From Octopus vulgaris (taxonomy: Eukaryota): a stretch of DNA of 64,000 bases. A program made the translations under genes and the position numbers. A model generated the notes under the pieces. The model searched no databases. It had not been told where the DNA came from and was given only the letters and a program-made list of their open reading frames with translations. Shown here piece after piece: positions 12,031 through 23,308 of this stretch. The first letter of the stretch is position 1. Each line of letters starts with the position of its first letter. The stretch is from NCBI GenBank assembly GCA_951406725.2, contig OX597826.1:47368001-47432000 (forward strand). Reading direction: 5' to 3'.

Positions 12031-14324
12031 ATAATTACCAACATAGTTACAGATTAATATTTAAATTTATCGTTTAAACAAAGAAAGGTAACAAACGATT
12101 GAACAGAAAACTTTTATCCTTATTGCCCACAAGGGGACAAACAAGGGCCGACAAAAGGATTAAATCGATTACATCGGCCCCAGTGCATAACTAGTACTTA
12201 ATTTATCGACCCCGAAAGGATGAAAGGCAAAATCGACCTCGACGGAATTTCAACTCAAAACGTAACGGCAGACGAAATGGGTATAAGCAAACTAAAACGA
12301 TAATATGTACTGGGATCGATATATTCGACAAAAAAGTCTTCAAGGTGTTGCTCCGGCATGGCTGCGCTCTAATGATTGAAGCGAGTAAAAGATAAAAGTA
12401 TTTACAAATGTCAGCAGTGATGTGAAATGCATGATCTGTAACGCAGCTGCTGTGATGTCATATCTCCTTGGCTATTACACGGTGCTAGTGGCGTCGTAAA
12501 ACTATGTAGGTAGTTGAACTGTGTAGAAAATATCTGGAGACTTAAATGATTGACTTCAGCCTGACACCAGCATGAATTACTAACCATTTATTCTGCTTCA
12601 GAAGAAGAAGAAAAAACTATTTATTTGTTTCTCCCTCACTCTTCATCCCCCTTTTTTTTATTCTTTAAAAAAAAATGTGGTTAATTAGCAAAAACTCTTC
12701 TTTTGCTTCAGTTTGTAAGAACAATTAGATGCACTTAGACTAACTGCTTGACTTTTGACCTGGTTTTGCTTCAAAGAGGAAATGAAAGTACAAAAATTGG
12801 TTCAAAATGTCCTGTAAGTGGTAAGTGGTACTGCTATTATCACTTAAAACTTGCTACGAATGAATAAATATTGATTTCTCTGTGACTGTGTTGTAAAGAT
12901 CTTGACATTGTTACGAATTCGGTTCGTTCACAGCATGAAACATGTCCGTAATTAAATCAACTCTAAACACACAAGCTGGTGAAATACAGAAATGTCTCCG
13001 TTGACTGTTGTAGGATTCTTAAGTTGACTACTTGAACAATACATAAGTTTCATTTGTTTGTTGTTATTCTAGTTGTTGTGGTTGTTTTTATTGTTGATGT
13101 GTTTAAATTTCTCCTTAAAATTTCTCCTTACACCCCGCACTCACCGTAACTTCACTAAAACAATCAGGAAATAAGGTTAAGCTCTACAAGAGGGAACCAA
13201 ATGACTCACAGACCTCACTATTAGAAGAAATGACCGAATTCTTTAGCCAGTTGTTTTTTTTCTCTTTTTATTATTTCTTTATTCATTTCTTACAATTTCT
13301 CATTCATTTTATTTTATTTTATTCTTTTTTTTTTGTGAAGATTCATTGAGGTTTCACGCTGAAACGGATGTCAATGAAACTGTTCCATTCTGGAATCTAG
13401 TCATCTGTCAATGATTTGTTTTGTAGTGCAGCAGCGAATTGATAAATTGTGTTGTTGAAAAATCACAGCGGCTGTGACTGCTTCTGATAACGATTCTACT
13501 GTAGCTGCTTACATAACAAGAATTTCAGTTAAAACTGAGAATCGAAATTAAGTAGCAGATTTCATTGCATCCGATAATAACTCTTGTCTTTAATCTTTCT
13601 CTTGTCTCAGTCATCAGACTGCGGTCAGTAGTTTTTCCTTTAAAGTATATTTATTCTGTCGTCTCTTTTTGACGAACCGCTACGTTGCGGGGACATAAAC
13701 AAACCAACACTGGTTGTCAAGCAGTGGTGCAACACATTCGCAGGAAAAATAAATTTTTTAATTGGTTAAATCGTTCCCAGTATATTACAGGTATTTATTT
13801 ATTTTTTTTTCGCCTCAAGTGGTGTGAAAGGTTAAGATAACCGTGGTGAGATTGTGAGCTCAGATTGTATGGAAACTTCTTTAGATACTGGGGCGTAAAT
13901 GCGTTTTATCTAACGCTCCACCGATTCAGATATTCAGTTTCTAACAATAAGAATATTTATTCCTAACTTCGGCACAAGCGCTTAAATTTATGAGAATGAG
14001 TCCAATAGATATCGACTCGATAATGATGAAAAGTAAAATCAACATCGGCCGAATCTGAATTCGGAATATCGCATTAACAGTTCTGCCAATCCACAACTCT
14101 AAACAAAAACCTTGATTTCAAATTTAGCGCAAAACCAGCAATTGAGGATGCGGTGAGTCGATTACATTGATCTCAGTGCTCAACTGGTACTTACTTTATC
14201 GGCCTCGAAAAGATGAAAGCCAAAGTCGATCTCGACGGAATGTGTACTTCGAGCGTAAAAGCGACGAAATGCAGCTGAGCATTTTGCCCAGTGTGCTAAC
14301 TGTTCTGCCAGCCCGCAGCCTTAA

Positions 14325-14545
14325 CCCTTTAGTGTTCTCATTATTCTGCCAAAATGAATCCTTTTTTATCCACATTGCCTTGAACTAATTAGGCATTATC
14401 TTGGTGCTATGAGATTTTGATGAGGTAGCAGTTAATTTTTAAAACGATATTGTAGGGCTGTCGTGAGAGACCAGATCTGGCCAATTTGAACATAAAACAG
14501 GTAGAATACTTTGGGCCGGATATGGCCGGTTTAAATGCTAAAGGG
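14325..14545. mobile_element. piggyBac-type MITE
   Basis: TTAA duplications at 14321-14324 and 14546-14549. Termini CCCTTTAGTGTT / AATGCTAAAGGG. Confidence 0.85.
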
Positions 14546-14644
14546 TTAATCTAAGCTAAAATATTAAAATACTAAGACAAAAAAAAAAGTGAATGCCATT
14601 AAAATTACAATATCAGAAATTTAAATTTAGCATAGATTCTCTAT

Positions 14645-15010
14645 ATTGTTTTCTACTCTAGGCACAGGCCCGAAATTTTGGGGGAAGGGTGTCACTCGAT
14701 TAAATCGACCCCTGTACGCTACTTGTACTTAATTTATTGACCCCCGAAAGGATGAAAGGCAAAGTCGACCTCGGCGGAATTTGAACTCGGAACGTAAAGA
14801 CAGACGAAATACCTATTTCTTTACTACTCATAAGGGGCTAAACACAGAGGAGACAAACAAGGACAGACAGGCGGATTAAGTCGATTACATCGACCCCAGT
14901 GTGTAACTGGTACTTAATTTATCGACCTCGAAAGGATGAAAGGCAAAGTCGATCTCAGCGGAATTTGAACTCAGAACGTAGCGGCAGAGGAAATACCACG
15001 ACGCATTTCG
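14645..15010 (-). mobile_element. SINE family B heterodimer (B1-tailed unit followed by B2-tailed unit)
   Basis: Same AAGAAATA|GGTATTTCGTC junction at 14813/14814. The distal unit ends with the B2 tail CCCCCAAAATTTCGGGCCTGTGCCTAGAGTAG. Confidence 0.85.
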
Positions 15011-15327
15011 TGCTTTATTCCACGTTGCTCCGTTCCACTCAGGTGGCAAAACAAAAAAGAATTTATTACTACCTGTAATTCAAAGGGCCAGCCTTGTCGC
15101 ATTCTGTGAAGTGTACCTGTCTAGTGGAGTGCCCCAGCCACTTGCACGCTAATTTCACGAGCAGGCTGTTCCGTTGATTGGATCAACTGGAACCCTCGTC
15201 GTCATAATCGACGGAGTGCCACTTTATCATTATTATTATTATGTTGAAATAATGATGATGACGACAAGGACAATGATGATGACGACGACGACGACAATGA
15301 TGATGATGACGACGGTAACGATCAGTC

Positions 15328-15588
15328 AGGCGGCGAGCTGGCAGAATCCTTAGCACGCCAGGCATGGTTAAAGGCATTTTGTCCGTCTGTACGTTTTGTG
15401 TTCAAATTCCGCCAAGTTGAAGTCCCTTCGGAGCGGATGAATTAAGTACCACCTACGCACTGAGGTCGATGTAATCGACAACCCCCTCTCCTCACAAATT
15501 TCAGGCCTTGTGTCCATAGTAGAAAGGATCATTATTATGTTGAAATGATGAGGGTGACGATGACATTGATGATGATGATTATGATGAC

Positions 15589-15647
<59 letters not shown>

Positions 15648-15877
15648 CGACGCTAATGTTCAGCTGGGTGGCGATCTGGCAGAATCGTTAGCACGCCGGG
15701 CAACATGCTTAGCGGCATTTCGTTGTTCTGTACGTTCTGAGTTCAAATTCCACCGAGGTCAACTCTGCCTTCCATCCTTTCGAGGGAGATAAATTAAATA
15801 CTAGTGAAACACTGGGGTCAACTAGTCCCCCTCCCACCAAATTTCAGGCCTTGTGCCTTTAGCAGAAAGGATTATTA
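15328..15877 (+). mobile_element. Two family B2 SINEs separated by (GAT)n
   Basis: Heads at 15328 and ~15667, both ending AGAAAGGAT(C)ATTATTATGTTG. Confidence 0.85.
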
Positions 15878-15972
15878 TGTTGTAATGAGTAATACCACAA
15901 TTACGCTGCTCTTCTACTGACGAATGACAAAGCAACATAGTTTGAAGAAAGCATTGTTACTCAACCTATGAG

Positions 15973-16608
15973 CCTTTTATCTTTTATTCTTTCTAGTTAC
16001 TGGACTGCGGTCATGCTGAGGCATTGTCCTGGAGAGTTTGGTCAAACAAATCTACCCCAATATTTATTCTTAGGTGTATCGGTTTCTTTTGCCGAACCGC
16101 TAGGTTAAGGGGACGTAAACAAAACAACACTAGTTGTCAAGTGGTGTCAGAGGACAAAGACAAAGTCAACAAATACACACATTCCCTTTCTTTCTTTCAT
16201 TCTTTCTTTCTTTCTTTCTTTCTTTCTCTCTCTCTCTCTATCGCTCTCTCTCTCTCTATCGCTCTCTCTCTCTCTCTCTCTCTTTCCCACACGCATATAT
16301 ACACACACACATATATGTATGTGTGTGTGCGCGTGTGATTATGTATGCATGTAAACGGTTCCGTCTATCAAATCTAGTTACAAGGCTTTGGCATGCAAAC
16401 ACACACACACACACATATACGTGCTTGTGTGTATGTATGCATGTATAAGCCACTCTTCTTTCAGTTTCCGTCAAACAAATCTACCCAAAAGGCTTTGGTC
16501 GGCCCGGAACTATAGTACAAGACCCTTGCCTCAGGTGCCATGCAATGGGACTGAACCCGAAACCATTTGGATGGAAAGCAAACTTCTTACCACACAGCCA
16601 TGCTTGCG
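15973..16608 (-). mobile_element. SINE family A, diverged, with expanded internal microsatellites
   Basis: Tail and head halves are recognisable on either side of (CT)/(CA) runs. Confidence 0.75.
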
Positions 16609-16958
16609 CTGGATACAATGGATTATATGCTGAAAATAGTATCAGTCAACCAATGTGTCATCTGTCCTAATTAGCATTCATTATGGCTAATTATCGTAGA
16701 TTCACTCATTTCCTGTATAATTGTCGCTGCTGTGTCTATACACATATATTATCCTGTGTGTGAGCATCAAATTTCCAGTTAATCAAGTCCTACTCTCGTT
16801 GCATGGTTACAAAAGAAAATATTTGTCCACTTTTTTGCATTATTTGTGCTGCATGCTAAGATCGAACTGACACACCACAATGTTGTGAAGTCATCTTGTT
16901 AACCTCTCAACTTACACATATGTTTTTCAATTTCCATGCAAAGAATACCATATTTTCT

Positions 16959-17351
16959 ATCATTACCTCTGCCTTCGCTAAGGCAGAGGTAATGATTGTT
17001 TCAGTCGTGTTTGTTTCTTTGTTTGTCCGTGGACAAGATATTTCAAGAACCGCTTAATGGATTCGAATGAAACTTTCAGGGATGTTTGTCCCCGTGACTG
17101 GCACGAACTCATTAGATTTTGGGATCGATTCGGTACCGGATAAGCATTCTAGATTATATTTCCTGTATTTTTATTTTTTTACTTAAATTTTGAGAGCGCT
17201 CGGGTTCATTTTTTTTTTTTACTATTCTTGTTTGTGAGAGCAGTCGAGTTTATTTTAGATATTCTCATTTTAAAAATCATCTCTGGCTAATCGTTGAGAT
17301 GACGTTAGTGTTGCCTTGGCGGATGTTTGCGCTATCTGAGTACTCTCGTTT
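16959..17351 (+). mobile_element. Helentron-associated non-autonomous element (HINE/DINE-1-like)
   Basis: 5' palindrome ATCATTACCTCTGCCTT-cgct-AAGGCAGAGGTAATGAT, then a (GTTT)n tract and ATGGATTCGAATGAAACTT. 3' sub-TIR GGCGGATGT plus a short hairpin just before the end. Confidence 0.75.
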
Positions 17352-17849
17352 ATTTTAAATCTGTATATAAGAGAGAATAAGTATACAAAATATTTCGGAT
17401 CAGTTATGATGTATTATGAAGGTACTGATAGAAATAATAGTTACTGATAGTTATTGACAGAAAACGGAAATAACATCTTGAACGAAGTATTTCGGGTCAG
17501 GAATAAGTGACAGATACCTCGGAGTACACTGAACGTATATTTTCGTTCAAATATATATTTACTAGACATCTTTGAATGAAAATATACGGGATAATATGTT
17601 AAGAGGTTAATCAAACCGAGAATTTAAGCTTTAGCATCTTTAATTTATCGGTTGTTTACAACTACACTACTGCGCTCGAAAACACGACCTTCCACATATA
17701 CAATGCGCGTGCATTCAAACTCTCAGAGGGCTTACAAGGATATACGTATACTTACATACACGCGAGCACACAAATACACAAGCACACACATATACATGAA
17801 TACGCATATATAAGATGTATATACATACTCATATATAAATACACAACAC

Positions 17850-18061
17850 ATACACACACACACAAACACACATATATATATATATATATACATATATACG
17901 ACAGACTTCTTTCAGTTTCCATCTACCAAATCCACCCACAAGGCATTGGTCGGCCCGGGGCTATAGTAGAAGACACTTGCCCAAGATGCCACGCCGTGGG
18001 ACTGAACCCGGAACCATGTGGTTGGTTAGCAAGCTACTTACAACACAGCCACTCCTGCGCC
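17850..18061 (-). mobile_element. SINE family A, head half
   Basis: Matches the family A head up to the internal microsatellite. Confidence 0.9.
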
Positions 18062-18110
18062 TATGTACGTACATACATACATTTACACACACTCACACAT
18101 ATATACATAC

Positions 18111-18169
<59 letters not shown>

Positions 18170-19020
18170 CTTTAATTTGTGTCTGTTAGATGTAAAACCT
18201 GTGAAGATTAACAGAATTCCTATTTTGACAAGAATACGTAAACTACAAACGAAATAAAGGAGAGAGAGGGAGGGTGGGGAGAAGAATCAAATAAAACAGT
18301 TCTTTGTGGAAAGAAGCTTTACGATTACCAAAATAGTTGTGTCCGCAGACGAAGCATTTTGCTTTTACTTTTCATACCGTTTAATGATACTCACTGGAAT
18401 GTTACAGTGTGATTGGAGAAGATAGTTTCGTTAAGGGTGAATACTGTGCTCATAACGTGTTAATGAATATATATATATATATATATGGGTTTTGATTTGG
18501 ATAAAACAATGAAGATGAATAAAACCTGCGTCAATACGTTGTTATAGGTGTTGTTGTTATTCTTTCTGTTCTTATTGTTGTAGCTGTCTTTGTTGTTGTT
18601 TAACCTGAAGTCGCCTCCATTATGACCAAATGCTTTATGCGTGTGTGTGTGTGTGTTTGTGCGTGTGTGTGTGTGTGTGTGTGCGTGTGTGTGTGGGTGT
18701 GTGTGTATAGAAGGTAGAAAAGGAACACAGGAGTTGAAGTTGATACTTTCGACACTAACAATGTATATACGTAACAATGCATATACGTACGCGTGTGTGT
18801 AAGCGTGCTTGTATGCATGTGTGTATACATACCTAAATATATATATATACACATACATACATATATGTATATATTTCTCATACAGAATTAGTGTACATCT
18901 AAACACAAAAGAGGTGACCCTAACAGGACACCAAACATGCTAGAAGGAACAGTCAAAGTCTAAACCACGATTAAGAGCAATTTAGAAGGGGATGAAAAAT
19001 AAAAACATTTTCAATAGTTA

Positions 19021-19095
19021 CCACTTGTACCTAGGTTTCGAACATAAAATGAACAAATACAATAATTTGTTATGCTTGTTCTCATCAGCAAGGGT
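19021..19095 (-). ncRNA. Type I hammerhead ribozyme (canonical core), PLE-type
   Basis: Minus strand: ACC-CTTG CTGATGA GAACA...TGTTC GAAA CCTAGG TA^ CAAG-T-GGT. Stem I CTTG/CAAG, stem II GAACA/TGTTC with G10.1-C11.1, palindromic stem III ACCTAGGT, GUA cleavage triplet. Confidence 0.85.
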
Positions 19096-19238
19096 GCCAA
19101 AAATTAATATATAATTATGAGACAAACAGCACATGTCTCATCTTTATGCATTATAATTTTTCAAATCCACTGCTCAAGTGCAGGTATAGTCGGCAGAAAA
19201 TAGAAATGTCGACTTACTTCAAAATTTATTTTCAGTAT

Positions 19239-19276
<38 letters not shown>

Positions 19277-19480
19277 TTCAAGACCAAGTGGAAACTACTA
19301 CAGAAGGCGCGTTCGTACACAGGAGGCCATACCTGCTATGACCTTTGCATTTCGGAGAGCCTAGAGATCTTGTTCGCCAAAGGCCCTCTCCTTAACAAGA
19401 TCTCAGAACACTCCCCAAATTGCATGCATAAGAATTATGCAAACTACAAGAACTATAGACCTACCCGGCAACCAGATTGA
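19277..19480 (+). pseudogene. C-terminal fragment of a Penelope-like element GIY-YIG endonuclease
   Basis: Not in the ORF track (no ATG). Reads FKTKWKLLQKARSYTGGHTCYDLCISESLEILFAKGPLLNKISEHSPNCMHKN..., fitting the PLE pattern W-x-(I/L)L-xx-A-xx-Y...C-x-LC-xx-E-xxx-I...LLN-xx-SE...C-x-H. Confidence 0.7.
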
Positions 19481-20022
19481 TGACACCCCACCCATAAACC
19501 TCCCCAATCCCACCGTTCCCCTAGCACCCCCGACTACCTTTTCTCCTAAGACCTTTCACATATTGTATGTGCACGCTTGTATATGTGTATCGTATATATG
19601 TATAGAAACGTATGGGTATAGTAGGAATATACGCATGTATCATGTGTGTGTGTGTGTATGTATGTAAAAAAAAATATATATATGTATGTGTGTGTGCGTG
19701 TGTGTGTGTGTATATATATGTATATATGTATATATGTGTGTATGCATATGTATATATGTATGGGTATATGTATGTGTGTATGTATGTGTATGTATATATA
19801 AAATATTATATAATTAGGGCATAGTGGGGTAGGTTACTTTGCCACATGCTGAACTTTCTAGAAATAGCAGCCTTATAAGTTTTTTAGCCTTTTCCACTAC
19901 TTAAAGAAAACTTTCTCTCCGATAATGGTCCTCTTACATACTGAATACTTGGTGAAATTGATTAATAACTAATTAACTTTACCCTCAATTGTTGATACAT
20001 ATATATATATATATATATATAT

Positions 20023-20319
20023 AGGTAAACAGTAAAAATAATTACAGACATGGACAAGAACATGAAACGCCACAGAGACGACACAAGAACCACAGGACGG
20101 GACATTCGAAGCCCTCAGTCATCAGTCAAGAACCAGATCATCTTAGCAATTTCGGCTGATTAATCTTGAGATTGCTCCGATATGGCCAGCCCGCCACGGG
20201 AAATCTAAGCCAAGTGCATTAGATCCCCTGGAAGAAAGCTTCGAATGTATACAACACGAGGACGGAAAACGAACGAAGTACACGAACAAAAATACAGAAT
20301 ACGTGACAACAATAAGAAT

Positions 20320-20322
<3 letters not shown>
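20023..20322 (-). mobile_element. (TA)n-embedded element, family D, carrying a permuted hammerhead-like RNA (20102-20248)
   Basis: 300-bp insert with pure (TA)n on both sides. Contains CTGATGA, GAAA and an AUC site with complementary stems, enclosed by an 11-bp inverted repeat ACATTCGAAGC/GCTTCGAATGT. Confidence 0.7.
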
Positions 20323-20370
<48 letters not shown>

Positions 20371-20501
20371 GTATGTGTATGTGTGTGTGTGTATATGTAT
20401 ATATGTGTATGCGTGTGCGTGTGTATATATATATATATATGTTTATTTTTATATATATATATATATATGTGTATATATATATATGTGTGTATGTATATGT
20501 A

Positions 20502-20555
<54 letters not shown>

Positions 20556-20950
20556 TGTACGCGAGTATGTCGATGTATATGTAGGTATGTAGAGTTATGT
20601 GTATGTGCATGTATGTGTGTGTATATATACAGATTGTAGATGGGTATATATATGTGTGTGTATGTATGCATATGTATATGTGTATATATATGTGTGTGTA
20701 TATATATATATATGTATATATATGTATGTATATATATATATATATATGTATATGTGGGTATGTAGAGTTATACGTATGTGCATGTGTATATGTATATGTA
20801 TATGTATATGTATGTGTATGTGTATGTATGTACATATATATGTGTGTGTGTGTATGTGTGTATATGTATGTATATATGTATATATATATATGTGTGTATG
20901 TGTAGGTGTGGGTATATATATATATGTGTGTGTGTGTATGTATGTATATG

Positions 20951-20981
<31 letters not shown>

Positions 20982-21010
20982 ATGTGTGTGTATATATATG
21001 TATGTGTGTG

Positions 21011-21052
<42 letters not shown>

Positions 21053-21180
21053 AATATGCGTGTGTATGTGTACATATGTGTATGTGTGTATAGATATATG
21101 TGTGTATGTATGTGTATGCGTGTATATATATACAGGTATATATATATTTATATGTATGTATGTATATATATATATATATG

Positions 21181-21225
<45 letters not shown>

Positions 21226-21302
21226 AGGTGTGTGTATATATGTATATGTAAGTGTGTGAGTGTGTATGAGTATGTATGTATGTTTGTACACATGTATATG
21301 TA

Positions 21303-21341
<39 letters not shown>

Positions 21342-21494
21342 ATGTATGTATGTATGTGTATATATATGTGTGTATGTATGTGTGTATGTATATGTATGTG
21401 TGTGTGTGTGTATATATGTATGTGTGTGTGTGTATGTGTGTATATGTATATGTATGTGTATGTGTGTGTATGTATATGTATGTGTATGTGTGTA

Positions 21495-21525
<31 letters not shown>

Positions 21526-21598
21526 ATATATATGTGTGTGTATGTGTATGTGTGTGTATGTATATGTATGTATATATGTGTGTATGTGTGTATATGTA

Positions 21599-21639
<41 letters not shown>

Positions 21640-21640
21640 A

Positions 21641-21672
<32 letters not shown>

Positions 21673-22232
21673 CATATATATTTGTGTATATGTGCGTGTA
21701 TGTATGTGTATGTATGTATATATGCGTGGGTATGTGTATGTGTATAAGTACATATACGTGTACGCTCGTGTGTTTAGGTATATGTAGGTACGTATAGTTA
21801 TGATGTATGTATGTATTTGTATGTAGGTGTATATGTATGTGTGTATATATATTTATTGGTGTATATGTATAGACTAGTCTTCTAAGATTGTAGACATGAA
21901 TCTGTAGGTACGCGTACGTATGTGTATATACGTGTATGTATGTAGACGTATGTATGTATGAATATAACGCGTGCGTGCGTGTATGTGTATGAGTGTACGA
22001 ATGAGTGAGTGTGCGTGCTAACGAGTGTGCGTGCGTGAGTGAGTGCTTGTGCTCAAGTAGAAAGATAAAAGGGACTGGTTGTCGTAGCCAAGATGTTTGT
22101 GACCAGCGGTCAAAGATAACAAAAGTAATAAATGAAGATAATAAAATTAAAATTAGGGAATGGGTCTGTATTTGTATGTGTATATATGTGTGTATGTGTA
22201 GGTATGAATAGGTACACATATGTATGTGTATA

Positions 22233-22286
<54 letters not shown>

Positions 22287-22486
22287 TGTGTATAAGTACA
22301 TATGAGTATATAGGGACTTGTGTGTTGTGTGTGCATGTGTGTATGTGGATATATATGTGTGTGTATGTGTGTATGTGTATATGTGTGTGTATGTATATAT
22401 TTTTTTTGTGTATATGTGTATGTGTGGTCGTGTGTGTGTGTGCATATATACATGTGTGTGTGTATATGTATGTGCATGTATATGTG

Positions 22487-22541
<55 letters not shown>

Positions 22542-22678
22542 GTGTATGTGTGTGTAGATATATGTATGTATATGTATGTGTGTGTGTATATATATATATA
22601 TATATGGGTGTGTGTGTATGTATGTGAGTATGTATATGTGTGTGTGTGTGTGTGTATATATGTATACATATGTGTATA
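20323..22678. repeat. ~2.4-kb compound (TA)/(TG)/(TATG) microsatellite field
   Basis: Directly visible. It is the source of the spurious 633-aa, 232-aa and 215-aa ORFs. Confidence 0.95.
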
Positions 22679-22907
22679 GGTATAAGTGAGATTTTCCTTA
22701 TTTACCTAAAACTCTATTCCTCTATATATTTTTTTATTCTTCCTTTTTTTATTCTTTTATTTATTCTTCTATCTAATTTACCACTGACTCCTTGACCACT
22801 CCCCCAAGTATGATTTTTTTGCGCTATGCCTACCCCCAAAAAGTCCCCCACCACCACCCCTTTAAACCTGCCTAAATGTATAAATGCCAATACAATTCTT
22901 GTTAACT

Positions 22908-22958
22908 AGCTTCCTGAAGATTTCTCTTGAATGAAACAGTTCTAGTCCTGTAGAAGCT
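22908..22958 (+). ncRNA. Type I hammerhead ribozyme within a pseudo-LTR-like segment (22679-23044)
   Basis: AGCTTC CTGAAGA T-TTC-tctt-GAA-T GAAA CAG-ttctagtc-CTG TA^ GAAGCT. Perfect 6-bp stem I, 4-bp stem III, GUA triplet. TATAAAT lies upstream and AATAAA downstream. Confidence 0.8.
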
Positions 22959-23055
22959 CCTTCTATATAATAAATTAATTTTACTCTGCTATGTATTGAG
23001 TACCTTATTTACTGTGGTTAACCCCGAATCAACCCGGGACCTACATATATATACG

Positions 23056-23086
<31 letters not shown>

Positions 23087-23125
23087 ATGTGTGTGTGCAT
23101 ATACATATATATATGTGTGTATATG

Positions 23126-23207
<82 letters not shown>

Positions 23208-23308
23208 CGTGTGTGTGTGTCTGCAGAAGGTAGAAAAGGAACACACGAGTTGAAGTTGAAATGTATAAGGAAAATAAGAAATGTTGTGACTTGCATTTGA
23301 AAACTATA

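Noticed and set aside
20145-20191. Alternative reading of family D as an HDV-like or twister ribozyme
   Set aside because: No conserved P3/L3, P1.1 or P4 (HDV) and no twister P2/P4/T1 pattern across the two copies; hammerhead elements fit better.
20768-22669. 633-aa ORF and the many overlapping Y/I/H/T/C/V/M-rich ORFs across the window
   Set aside because: Translations of (TA)/(CA)/(TACA) microsatellites, which lack stop codons in most frames; no domain content.
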